A stretch of DNA of 64,000 bases from Macrostomum lignano. Lineage: Eukaryota. The stretch spans positions 1-64,000 of the forward strand of contig NIVC01000986.1 of NCBI GenBank assembly GCA_002269645.1. Reading direction: 5' to 3'. Positions 46,520 to 64,000 of this stretch are shown here, one piece after another. The translations under genes and the position numbers were made by a program. Position 1 is the stretch's first letter; every line of letters begins with the position of its first letter. The notes under the pieces are model-generated. The model saw only the letters and a list, made by a program, of their open reading frames with translations, had not been told where the DNA came from and made no database searches.

Positions 46520-47274
46520 GGTGAAAAGGTCGAGAAAGTGCAGCGTCTTTAACTGCAGATCAAACTATAACTCAGAAGAAAGCCGAACAACGATATTACG
46601 CTCGTAGCTCTTCCTTGAGATGCACGAGAACGGGAGCGTTGGAGACAAAGCCTACCAAATACTTTTGAGGTAAGAATTAGGTTGTTAATTCTAAGCGATC
46701 ATACGCTGGTATGCGTGGAGGAATTTATTGCAAACTTGCAAACTGCAAATTGTTAAAAATAACCACTGCGATAAAATTTACCATTCTAGAAAGTGACTGA
46801 GCACATGGACATATGCCAAAAGCACTGGCCAAGTGACACCCCATGTTAGAGAATGGTCGCCATGAAAGACCGAAAGATCCGCCTTCTGTTTTCTCTGGCT
46901 TTCCCTCTTCGTGCTTGATACAAACGGACAGACAGACAGTTTTTATTGCCCCAAACTTCTCCGTTCGCGCATTCATTATGCACACGCCAGTTTTGATTCG
47001 AGACTTGCAACAATTGGCAAACTGAATCCAATGGACAATTTAACTATTCAACCGCCAGGTGCAGACAGTTATATCGGCCGAATGGATGGACGCGATCCGA
47101 CTGTACAAATCAGAAGAATATCACGTTGTCAAACGAACGGAATTAACCCATGAAGCTTGCTATCCTTCAGTTCAAGCATACAGAAAAACGAAGGTAACAC
47201 TCGCTCTACAAGTCTTCAATGAAAAGGTTGTTGCAGCACTGAAGTGCGACAGCTCCATAGACACGACAGTATAA
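46520..47274 (+). pseudogene. Degenerate THAP/P-element-like transposase remnant
   Basis: KCSVFNCRSNY...LP*DARERERWRQSLP (THAP start); NNWQT...; AEWMDAIRLY...LTHEACYPS...VTLALQVFNEKVVAAL (P-transposase-like). Confidence 0.6.
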
Positions 47275-49155
47275 GTCGTCGGCTTACGAATGGTTATTTT
47301 AAAGGCCTGGTAAAGCTCTCATCGAAGGTTGCACCTGTGCCGACTCATCGCACGACAGGAAGCTACGCAAACTGGGAGGCCAGTGAATTTGCGGTATAGT
47401 TTTTAGTATTCTGTCTTTGGAGTTTCAAATTTTCCAATCCGAAATCTTTCATATCTAGCTGCTCCTCATCTGGGTTCCTCCTAAAATTCGTTCTGTTTAG
47501 TCCTGATTTTCTGTGTTCTATCCTACGAGTAAGAGTTGCCTTGTACTCTTGTACACACACCATTTCATGCTTTTAAAACTTTTTTCTCTTGTGCTTATCT
47601 CACATGCTTAAATATATGTAATTTTCGCTTATTACCCCAGTTTTTCCTATGCATTATACAGGTCCCCGTATAAGTTCCTCCTCAAAAAAGTTATGTTCAG
47701 TTCCGTTCCACGATATATACACCATGCTAAGTTTAAAACCTTTTCTTCGTGAATATCTCGCGTGTCTAATTGTATGTCATTGTGCTCTGTACGGACGTTT
47801 TTTAGTACTCAAGAAAAACAAAAACATATTTAAAACTGAATAAAAAACCTTTTAGACAACTTACTGAACCTTTTAAAAGCAAAAATAATACTGGGGCCTT
47901 AGTCTTTTCAGCAGCTAAGCTAAGCATTTAATGCATGAAATATCGGGCGCCCATTGACTCAAACGAGCCCCCAACTTTTTTCGCCATGATTTGGCTTGTT
48001 TCGCGTCCCGGTAGTTTAAGTTGTCCCTGCTGCGAAGATTGTGACATCAGCATCATCCCGGGTCTACAGCTGCGAAGCACTAAGCCGATTCGGTCACTGT
48101 GGATTACCTGGTCTCCGGCTGTTGAGTTTCTGATTGGTTGGGTGAGAGGCTACCTAGAATTGCTTGATTGGGTGATTCCTTATCTGTCCCCTGTTTCAGT
48201 AGCTGGATTAGGCGCACACTTTTGCTCATTTTGTTCAGTAGTGCTGTAATCGAGGCAGAAGTCATTCAATAATACTGCTAGTAGTCTGAAGCTCCAATTC
48301 AATCTGAGGTGTGAAGTGATTCAAGGAGAAGGTTAAATCTGAAATTGAATAACGACCCTACTACTGTTTCATTCACCTTTCGATATCGAAATTAAAATCG
48401 TTTTTGATCGTAATCGAAATTAAAATTCGTGAGGCTAAAAAATGAAACCAATCTCTTACGAAATTTGCAACGCCAATCTTCCTTTGCTGCTTATGTTTTA
48501 ACTTTGCATGCGATTCGCTTTCACGCTTTAAATATAAAAGTACTTTAAAAACTGTGCTAAATTATATCGTAGCTTCTACTGATGCAGTACACGTACTCTA
48601 CACGCACATACACCACATGTATTAAGTTCAAAAGCATTCAACTCAAATTTATTTAAACTGAATCAGGACCAGCTCACTAAGCAGGATACCTGCCTGCGTG
48701 CGTATCCGCATGCGAGTTCAGGGGCAGCGGAATGGGCCTGACTGCTTGTGTCACAAATCAGATTGAAGAAGACAAGCAAAAATGCCCCCGCCGCAACAAA
48801 CCGAATGAGCTGCCAGATTCCCCAGCTGCAGGCAGGAAGTAAATCGAACTCAAACTCCCACTGAATTTCAAATTAGAAGCATCCATTCTGTAGTAGAATT
48901 TATTAATTTTTCTACAGACTGACTGGTCTGCAAACACTGAGCAGACGCGATTCGCAATTTAGAGTGCCTGATGTACTTTATATTCAAAATTCTGACTGAG
49001 TGTTTCAGAACAGCAAAGTTCAGATAAAAAATTATCCACAACATCGGCGCTTCGCTTCTTCTGAGAGCGCAAGAGCGCCGGAATGAGTGGCGGAAGGCAC
49101 GCGGTGACAGACAGAAACACGTCTAGAAGAAACATGAACTGGCTACTCATAGTAA

Positions 49156-49270
49156 GCAGGATCAGGATCAGGATTAGGGATCAGGATCAGGGATCAGGAT
49201 CAGGGATCAGGATCAGGATCAGGATCAGGATCAGGATCAGGATCAGGATCAGGATCAGGATCAGGGATCT
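49156..49270. repeat. (GGATCA)n hexamer repeat
   Basis: Direct reading. Confidence 0.95.
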
Positions 49271-49692
49271 GGATAGAGTTTTTCAGTTGAATTGATGAAT
49301 AAAATATAAAGTCAGGAATCAGCTCTAAGGCACTGGCAAAGTACAGCGTGACTAAAGATCAGCAAATCATTGATAAGATCGATTGATAATCTGCGGTCCA
49401 CACCCGGACCTGAGCCGTCATTCGCAGTCGAATGGGACTGCTGCGTCATCGTTACCTTGGTTACAAAAGCAATTAAAAGAGCGCGAGAAAAGAACACAGT
49501 GACAGGAAAACAGCTGGCATGATGCGCATCTCGAGAAACGATGCATCTCTGAAAAATCTCAGGTAAAAAAGCAAGGAATGTACAAAAATAAAAAAGATCA
49601 ATCAGGACGGAATGTTTCTCTGCAGCCGACTAACAAAGGATACGGTCGAAATTCGTTGACTTGATTCGCTTGGTCTGCGGCACAGGCGCTGA

Positions 49693-50215
49693 AGCACTGG
49701 ATGGTCCACTGGATGTCCCACTGGATGGCCCACTGGATGGCCCACTGGATGGCCCACTGGATGGCCCACTGGATGGCCCACTGGATGTCCCACTGGATGG
49801 CCCACTGGATGTCCCACTGGATGTCCCACTGGATGGCCCATTGGATGGCCGACTGGATGGCCCATTGGATGGCCCACTAGATGGCCCACTGGATGGCCCA
49901 TTGGATGGCCCACTGGATGTCCCACTGGATGGCCCATTGGATGGCCCACTGGATGGCCCACTGGATGGCCCACTGGATGGCCCACTGGATGGCCCATTGG
50001 ATGGCCCATTGGATGGCCCATTGGATGGCCCACTGGATGGCCCACTGGATGGCCCACTGGATGGCCCATTGGATGGCCCATTGGATGGCCCACTGGATGG
50101 CCCACTGGATGGCCCATTGGATGGCCCACTGGATGGCCCATTGGATGGCCCACTGGATGGCCCACTGGATGGCCCATTGGATGTCCCACTGGATGTCCCA
50201 CTGGATGGCCCATTA
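49693..50215. repeat. 12-bp minisatellite (GGATGGCCCAYT)n, ~43 copies
   Basis: Direct reading; it produces the spurious GHPV/DGPL/MAHW ORFs. Confidence 0.97.
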
Positions 50216-50280
50216 GAAAGTAGGCTGTGAAAGTTGGTCTTCGTAGTGCATGGATACTGAGCGGCCCCTCCAGTGCTTCA

Positions 50281-56599
<6,319 letters not shown>

Positions 56600-59294
56600 C
56601 TGTTCAAAGGGAAGTTTTTGACTTAGCAACTCGATGGAGCCTCGGGTGTCTTGCTGATGCTGCGGCTGAAGATCCGGAAGTCGGAGACCCACAATCAGTT
56701 TAAGTATTTAACATTTTCGCTCACATTAGAATAAATCATTTTCGACTTCAGTAGATTAATGACTGAGTGACAGAGTTTTGAATTAATAATTAACTTGTAA
56801 ATATTTTATTCTAATAACTATTTCATAATATTCTATTTTATATATTTCTTATTCATAGGAAATGGCTGTGGAATGAGATAAGAGCAATAATTTCCTAACA
56901 ATATCTATTAAATATCAACCAAATTTTCCCAAAACCTTCTTTCCACATTCCATAAACTAAACCAATATTATTGCACAAAAATACTCTCTCTATTTTAAGT
57001 GCGACAGATATCAAGAGTAGATTTTAATTTTTAAGCCAGTGGATCTACAATTAAAAAGAACTCTATTGGTTAATATGTGAAAGAAATATATATTTGAAAA
57101 AAACAGTTCTTAAGGCTTTTGTGCTATTCAAAATTTTATTCATAGAAAAATTATAAAAGGAAAACTTTAAGCCTTTTAAATTTAAGAGTGACTGATTAGT
57201 GCAATATATTTATATGAGAGTTGAGATCAGCAACAATACATTTATACATTTTTATTTAGTAATATGTTTATAAATGGTTAAACTGTCAGTCTAATCGAAT
57301 TTACTACTTATTAAAATGTTATACATCTACTTAAATCTAAAATCTGAAGAATCAAATGTGATTATAATTAAATTAATATGAACGAAGGCTTATTTTTGTT
57401 GGACGAAAACCTATTTTATTACTATATTATGGAATTTTAATGCCTAAGTTATAAAAGTAGATTCTCTATAGTCGTATAGAGACGTTTTTAATGGACCAAG
57501 TCATAAAAATATGTTACGAACGAAGAAATACAAGACGAAAAAACAACAAACAGATAATCTTAATAGTAGCATTAACATCATTATAATCTTTTCTGTATGA
57601 CCTAAATTAAAACGATAACGATACAGATCTTCAATGAAAAAATAGTTTTCAGAAACTAAATTAAACGAACAATTGACTGTAGCAATCAAGTATTTTTAGT
57701 TCATAGATTTCCGCTCAATTTTTGTTGTAGAAGTGCAATTTAAAAATTTGCACTTTTTTAAAAGAATTTTTTTTAAGATTCTACTTTATCTTGTTTTATA
57801 CAGTTAAAAATATTTTGTTTTACTAAAAAAAATTTCCGGAGATCTAACACGTCTTTAATTCGAAAAAACTACCCAATGTTACTCTTTAAATCTAACTTGC
57901 TGTGCTTTTTAGTGTAGTTAATTCATGATTTAGACGATTCGTAAATAGGGTTTCTAAAAGCATCTCCAGTACTTCGTTACCACACACCAAAAAATCTTCG
58001 TAATTTGCAAACGTAATAATCGTATTTAAATAAGTCTAATGCAAGTCGTGGTGAGGGACAATTATGTAAACTTAAGCTCATAAGGCGGAGTCCCTAATTA
58101 TCCCCTTGCTTGTTCTCTCCTATCCCAGGTCTAATTGTTGTCACTGTGCCAAATCCAGCTTCCTTGTTTTACTGTTAGCAGAATTGCGTACATCTATCGT
58201 ACATAGGTTACTCGGGCTCCACTTTATGAGCTGAAGTTGACAGGCCCTTTTGCTGAGAAGATTCATTTGAGTTAAAAACATGTTTTTAGCTGCTATGTAT
58301 TGTGTGTATTTTATGTACATGAGTCAAGTGCTTTGAATTGATTTGAATTGGCTCACAACATATGGAAATTTACATGTATGATTACCTTGAAGCCATTGAG
58401 ACTGAGCTTAGATTTTATTAAAATTCGTGAATGAAAATGAATAACACAATATATTCAGCACATTTTCCACCGAATTATTGCACAAAAATTCACAGAACCA
58501 AAACAAAACGAACCCCTCTCAGAAAGGTTCGGCAGTGTATTATAATTTATTAGAACATCTTAGCTCGTAATTCAGCTGGTTAGACTACCAGATCGGTCCC
58601 GTGCACGAAGTCAGCCTGTCACCAGCGGCAATTGTAAAAAACATCAGCAAAAGTGCAAGAGGCAATACAAGACAAATAGAGCTAGAGGCTTCGGAGCAGG
58701 CCAACTCAGACTGTTAATCGTTGACTGTGCGGCATGTGGGCTGCGGACTCACTGCGATTGAATTCGAGTACAGGGCAATCGGCTGCATCAAGAATCCTCA
58801 CATCTGATATGCATCGGATTTAACGGACATGAGCAGTGAGAGCAGCCGACACAGAGAAACTGATAACGGAATAAAATGTGCGGAACTCGAGACAAAATGA
58901 TAAATGTGCGCAGTCCATACAGAATCAGTAATACAATTATTTATCAGCATGAAGGCAGTTCAGCAAAGTCTTCTGGAGCCTCAGTGATAAGCAGGCAGTG
59001 CCTGGGACCAGACTAGAGCGGAGTGAGTAAACAGTAAAACACAATGAGAAAGAGATTCAGTTGAAAATGCAGACACGTTAAAATATTTGACCAGTAGATA
59101 AATATTCAGCATGTTACATGTAATGTAAAACTTCTGGCTACCAATAAAAAGCAGGAATTAAACGAACGGCGCCCGTGTGGGATTTTTATCCCCAGCCTGG
59201 TTTTGCTGCCCGCTTATTTTTTAAAATACGTTTCCTGTCTTGCTCTGTCCAGTGGCGAACTGATAGGGCTAAACTGCTCTATGTGCATAAGCCC

Positions 59295-60710
59295 TAGCTG
59301 AACATTCCTCAGTGTACACAGGTGCTGACTGAAAATTGCTCAGCGTACACAGGTGCTGACTGAACATTCCTCAGTGTACACAGGTGCTGACTGAAAATTG
59401 CTCAGTGTACACAGGTGCTGATTGCTCAGCGTACACAGGTGCTGACTGAACATTGCTCAGCGTACACAGGTGCTGACTGAAAATTGCTCAGTGTACACAG
59501 GTGCTGACTGAACATGGCTCAGCGTACACAGGTGCTGACTGAACATGGCTCAGTGTACACAGGTGCTGACTGAAAATTGCTCAGCGTACACAGGTGCTGA
59601 CTGAACATTGCTCAGCGTACACAGGTGCTGACTGAAAATTGCTCAGTGTACACAGGTGCTGACTGAACATTGCTCAGCGTACACAGGTGCTGACTGAACA
59701 TGGCTCAGTGTACACAGGTGCTGACTGAACATGGCTCAGTGTACACAGGTGCTGACTGAGCATTGCTCAGCGTACACAGGTGCTGACTGAGCATTGCTCA
59801 GCGTACACAGGTGCTGACTGAACATTGCTCAGCGTACACAGGTGCTGACTGAACATTGCTCAGTGTACACAGGTGCTGACTGAACATTGCTCAGCGTACA
59901 CAGGTGCTGATTGCTCAGTGTACACAGGTGCTGACTGAACATTGCTCAGCGTACACAGGTGCTGACTGAACATTGCTCAGCGTACACAGGTGCTGACTGA
60001 ACATTGCTCAGTGTACACAAGTGCTGACTGAACATTGCTCAGCGTACACAGGTGCTGACTGAACATTGCTCAGCGTACACAGGTGCTGACTGAACATTGC
60101 TCAGCGTACACAGGTGCTGACTGAACATTGCTCAGCGTACACAGGTGCTGATTGCTCAGTGTACACAAGTGCTGACTGAGCATTGCTCAGCGTACACAGG
60201 TGCTGACTGAGCATTGCTCAGCGTACACAGGTGCTGACTGAACATTGCTCAGCGTACACAGGTGCTGACTGAACATTGCTCAGTGTACACAGGTGCTGAC
60301 TGAACATTGCTCAGCGTACACAGGTGCTGACTGAACATTGCTCAGCGTACACAGGTGCTGACTGAACATTGCTCAGCGTACACAGGTGCTGATTGCTCAG
60401 CGTACACAGGTGCTGACTGAACATTGCTCAGCGTACACAGGTGCTGACTGAAAATTGCTCAGTGTACACAGGTGCTGACTGAACATTGCTCAGCGTACAC
60501 AGGTGCTGACTGAACATGGCTCAGTGTACACAGGTGCTGACTGAACATGGCTCAGTGTACACAGGTGCTGACTGAGCATTGCTCAGCGTACACAGGTGCT
60601 GACTGAGCATTGCTCAGCGTACACAGGTGCTGAATGAACATTGCTCAGCGTATACAGGTGCTGAATGAACATTGCTCAGTGTACACAGGTGCTGACTGAA
60701 CATTGCTCAG
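59295..60710. repeat. ~31-bp minisatellite, ~45 copies (CTGACTGAACATTGCTCAGCGTACACAGGTG)
   Basis: Direct reading; lies between the CDK14 3' end and the DYRK 5' region. Confidence 0.97.
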
Positions 60711-61284
60711 ACCCGTCACTCAGCAAAACCAGGACGGGCGGGACCCTGCAGAGAGAAGAAACTGAGGAGCCAGAACGAATCGAGAAGCGCAGCTCAAATC
60801 ATTGGTCGCACAGATGCAAATGAAAAGGGCCCTGCTTCACAGAAGAAGCAAGTGTTTTCAATGCGCTCAATAAATGACCCGAGAGCAGACAAAGGTTAAA
60901 TGAGAGCAGAGGCCCAGAGAGCAACCACAGCAAGCCTAGTTGGACTTTACACAACATCATTATAAACATTTTAGCATTGCCAATTTCTATAAAGATACAA
61001 AAACGCACGGCGGCAAGATCAAAGAAAGAGTCGTCGGCGCGGTGACTAGCGGGGATGAGGGGTGGGGAATAAAGCGGGGCAATTGACAGCACAAGCGACA
61101 GGACTAGACTCACTACAAGCAGAAGCATTAAAAAAGATGAAGCAAGCAGAAGCGATCCAGATTTTATCAGCGAAAAACTAAAAACAAGAAAAACAAAAAT
61201 AAAATAATAAAAACTCCAAGTTAGACTAGAACAGCTGGACAGGCGGGGCGGGGACTCGAATCCGGGACCATGTCGCACCAGGCG

Positions 61285-64000
61285 TCACTTCAGCGCCAGG
61301 GCGGTAGTGGAGCGGCTGTGCTGGTGCTGCTGGGCAGCCGCTGACTGGCCGGCAGGCAGCCGCTGCCGCTGGGCGCCCTCGGGCAGCATGCGGACGCCGG
61401 GCACGGAGAAGATGGAGAGAGCTGCGGGCGGGAGTGGCCAAGCTGATGAGCTTCTCAAAGCTGAGCCTCAGATATTATAATACTGTTTTTTTATTTCGAT
61501 ACATATCGGCAGAGAGGCACTAAAGCTGCGGGAAACTCACTGGGCGGCAGGTCCTTCAGCGGCGCTGGCAGGCCGTCGAAGTACGGATGCGCCAGGGCCT
61601 CGGCGGCTGTCAGCCGCTCCTCCGGGAACAGCCGCAGGCAGGCCAGCACGAGGTCCTCGGCGTGCAGGATGGCCAGCAGGCGGGGTAGCAGCTTGTGCAG
61701 CCGGCAGCCGCGGTAGCGGGGCAGCGCTGGCGAGAAATTCGGCAGCTTTGACACGCCGGGCCACACGGACTCGCCAGGGGTGCCCATGATCTGCGGGCGG
61801 GCGGGGCGGCTGTGCTGGGACTGGCTGACAGACTATGGGACTGGCTGACAGACTATGGGACTGGCTGACAGACTATGGGACTGGCTGACAGACTATGGGA
61901 CTGGCTGACAGTCTATGGGACTGGCTGAGCAAGCACAGACTTACCCTGAAGATGCGGTCCAGTTGGTCCTCGGCATCGCGGACTCCGGGAAACAGCGGCG
62001 TCCCGCTGATCATCTCGGCGTGGATGCAGCCCACAGCCCACACGTCCAGAGTCGAGGAGTACTTGGTGCTGCCGAGCAGGACTTCCGGCGGCCGGTACCA
62101 CAGCGTGACGATCTCGGAGCTGTAGGTCTTGCTGGGCACGGTCTGGGCGCGGGCCAGGCCGAAGTCTGCCAGCTTGAGCTCGCCGATGGCCGAGATCAGC
62201 AGGTTCTGCGGCTTCAGGTCTCGGTGAAGGATTTTCTGCTTATGGCAGAACTCCAGGCCTCGGAGCAGTTGGAATAGAAACAGCTGTGGGGGAATGAGGA
62301 GTAATATGAGCCAGTGAGCTTGGGTCGGTGGCATCGAAGGAATCCGATTGGCTGGGAAGGCTGGGGTTGGTAGCAGCAAAATAATCCGATTGGCTGGGGA
62401 GGCTGGGGTTGGTAGCAGTGAAGGAATCCGATTGGCTGGGGAGGCTGTGGCAGTAAAGGACTCCGATTGGCTGGGGAGGCTGGGGTTGGTAGCAGTGAAG
62501 GAATCCGATTGGCTGGGGAGGCTGTGGCAGTAAAGGACTCCGATTGGCTGGGAGGCTGTCTGAATTTAGTTACGTAAATAAAATAATCAAACCAATCTAC
62601 CAGCAGCCCTACCTTGACATTGTGAGAACGCAGGCCTCCCGGATGCTTCTCCAAGTACTTGCTCAAATCCAGAGGCTGTAACCATAGTTGGAAGGCAATA
62701 CAAAAAACTACAAGCAATTCATAAAAAACTCAGTTCTATAGAGTCCTATCAGGTAACTTTTACTCACCACATATTCAAAGACAAAGGTAAGGCTGTTCTC
62801 GGTGTGAATAATATCGTGCAGGGTCACAATGTTGGCATGTTTCAGGCCCTTGAGAAGCGAGGCTGCAGAGGCAGGGTTTGGAGTGGCATCGCATACAGTT
62901 GCAAATACTAAAGCTACGATGAAGGCTGCAGCGCTCACCTTCTCTGATCGCGGTGAACGGCGTGCCCTCCTCGTGCTGCAGCCGAATGTCCTTCAGCGCC
63001 ACAATGGAGTTGGTGACGCTGCGCGTTGGAGGGGGTTTGAAATTGGTTAGCAGAGGGAGCTGCATGGCAGGCTGGAAGCCAGCTTTTATGAGCCTATCAG
63101 GTTAGATTTTAGGCTTAGAGAATGGCCAGCAAATATGAAGCCTGATAAGCTGCAAAGAGTCGTGCCGCTGATCTCTGAACACCTTTCTCATCCTCAGTCA
63201 GTCAGGTGCACACTGCGCCTGGGGGTTGTCAATCATATCGGGTGTGCTGCTAGGGAAAGCTGCGCTCCAAGACTTAAGAAGCCACCAGGCCCCAAGCACT
63301 CACTGTGAGAAGCCACCAGGCCCCACAAACTCACTGTGAGAAGCCACCAGGCCCCACAAACTCACTGAGAAGCCACCAGGCCCCACAAACTCACTGTGAG
63401 AAGCCCTTGTACACCGTAGCGTAGCTGCCCTCGCCCAGCGCCTCCAGCTTTTGGTAGGAGGCCGACCTGCCAAACGACAGGCCCTGCCGCATGGCCTGCC
63501 CGACACCGCCGATGCCGCTGCCGGCGCCGCCACCGGCGCCATAGTCCACGCCGTCAAAGAAGCCTTCAGATTTTGGCCTGTTGGCTTTCTTCTGCTTTTT
63601 AGTCAGCTGCTGTTGCTGCTGCTTCAGGCCGCGCATTGAGCTGGACGGCTGCAGGCCAGCGGCTGGCACTGCAGCGGCGGCTTCTTGCTGCTGCTTCTGC
63701 TGTTGCGGCTGCTGCTGCTGCTGCGGCTGTTGCTGCTTGCTGGTCACATTGCCAGTGGAATGGTGGCGCCGCATCAGACCGTTGCGTATGGAGAATGCTG
63801 GGAGGAGCAGCGGGGAGTGACAGCTTTCAGATCCCACAACCATTGCAACCTGCCTGCCCAACCGGGATTGCAGCTGTTAAAAACGCAGGCAATACTACTC
63901 AAAACAGTAGGCTAACTCACTCTTGAAGAACCGTTTCTGCTTCTCAATGTACTGGTCGCGCATTTCCTGCGTCAGCACTTTCTCCTGGCCGCCGCCCGCC
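61285..64000 (-). CDS. CDK14: PFTAIRE cyclin-dependent kinase (CDK14-like), 5'-partial; exons 64000-63921, 63797-63395, 63018-62939, 62862-62768, 62675-62613, 62283-61945, 61790-61541, 61421-61285
   Basis: [62 protein letters not shown]. All introns are GT-AG with matching phases. Confidence 0.95.

Noticed and set aside
47363-47850. Possible decayed LINE RT C-terminus on -
   Set aside because: Only vague similarity with many stops; cannot be supported without a search.
47935-48249. Possible second LTR (reverse CCAAT boxes)
   Set aside because: No TG...CA termini with a TSD were found.
49602-50230. GHPV, DGPL and MAHW repeat ORFs
   Set aside because: Artefacts of a stop-free 12-bp minisatellite.
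60799-61278. 159-aa hydrophobic minus-strand ORF
   Set aside because: It starts at GTG/TTG in the T-rich CDK14 3' UTR; low complexity.

Overview
Eukaryotic (animal) genomic DNA. It has spliceosomal genes, GC-rich exons and minisatellite-filled introns; this style suggests a Macrostomum-like flatworm, which is inference only. Left to right: (1) a two-exon gene for a ~3,200-aa beta-solenoid protein with filamentous-haemagglutinin-like repeats and one ankyrin-like motif; (2) a head-to-head pair of GnT-I/MGAT1 paralogues, one intact and one wrecked by a heptamer expansion, a deletion, a LINE and a mariner MITE, separated by THAP/P-like, MITE and Ty3/Gypsy debris; (3) a Penelope-like element with an inverted pseudo-LTR, into which a complete 16.8-kb Polinton/adintovirus-like endogenous virus has integrated (28047-44875, ~280-bp TIRs, 6-bp TSD CCATTC; encodes PLA2, integrase, pX-like peptide, pPolB, protease, ATPase, major and minor capsid, plus a spliced cargo gene); (4) a solo LTR and a P-like remnant; (5) a DYRK2-like kinase whose long intron holds a Tc1/IS630 remnant and an intact Crypton tyrosine recombinase; (6) a CDK14/PFTAIRE kinase running off the right edge. 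The strongest novelty candidates are the giant FHA-like gene and the Polinton, including its expression signals, inner inverted repeat and cargo. All family assignments come from motif recognition; no database searches were run.
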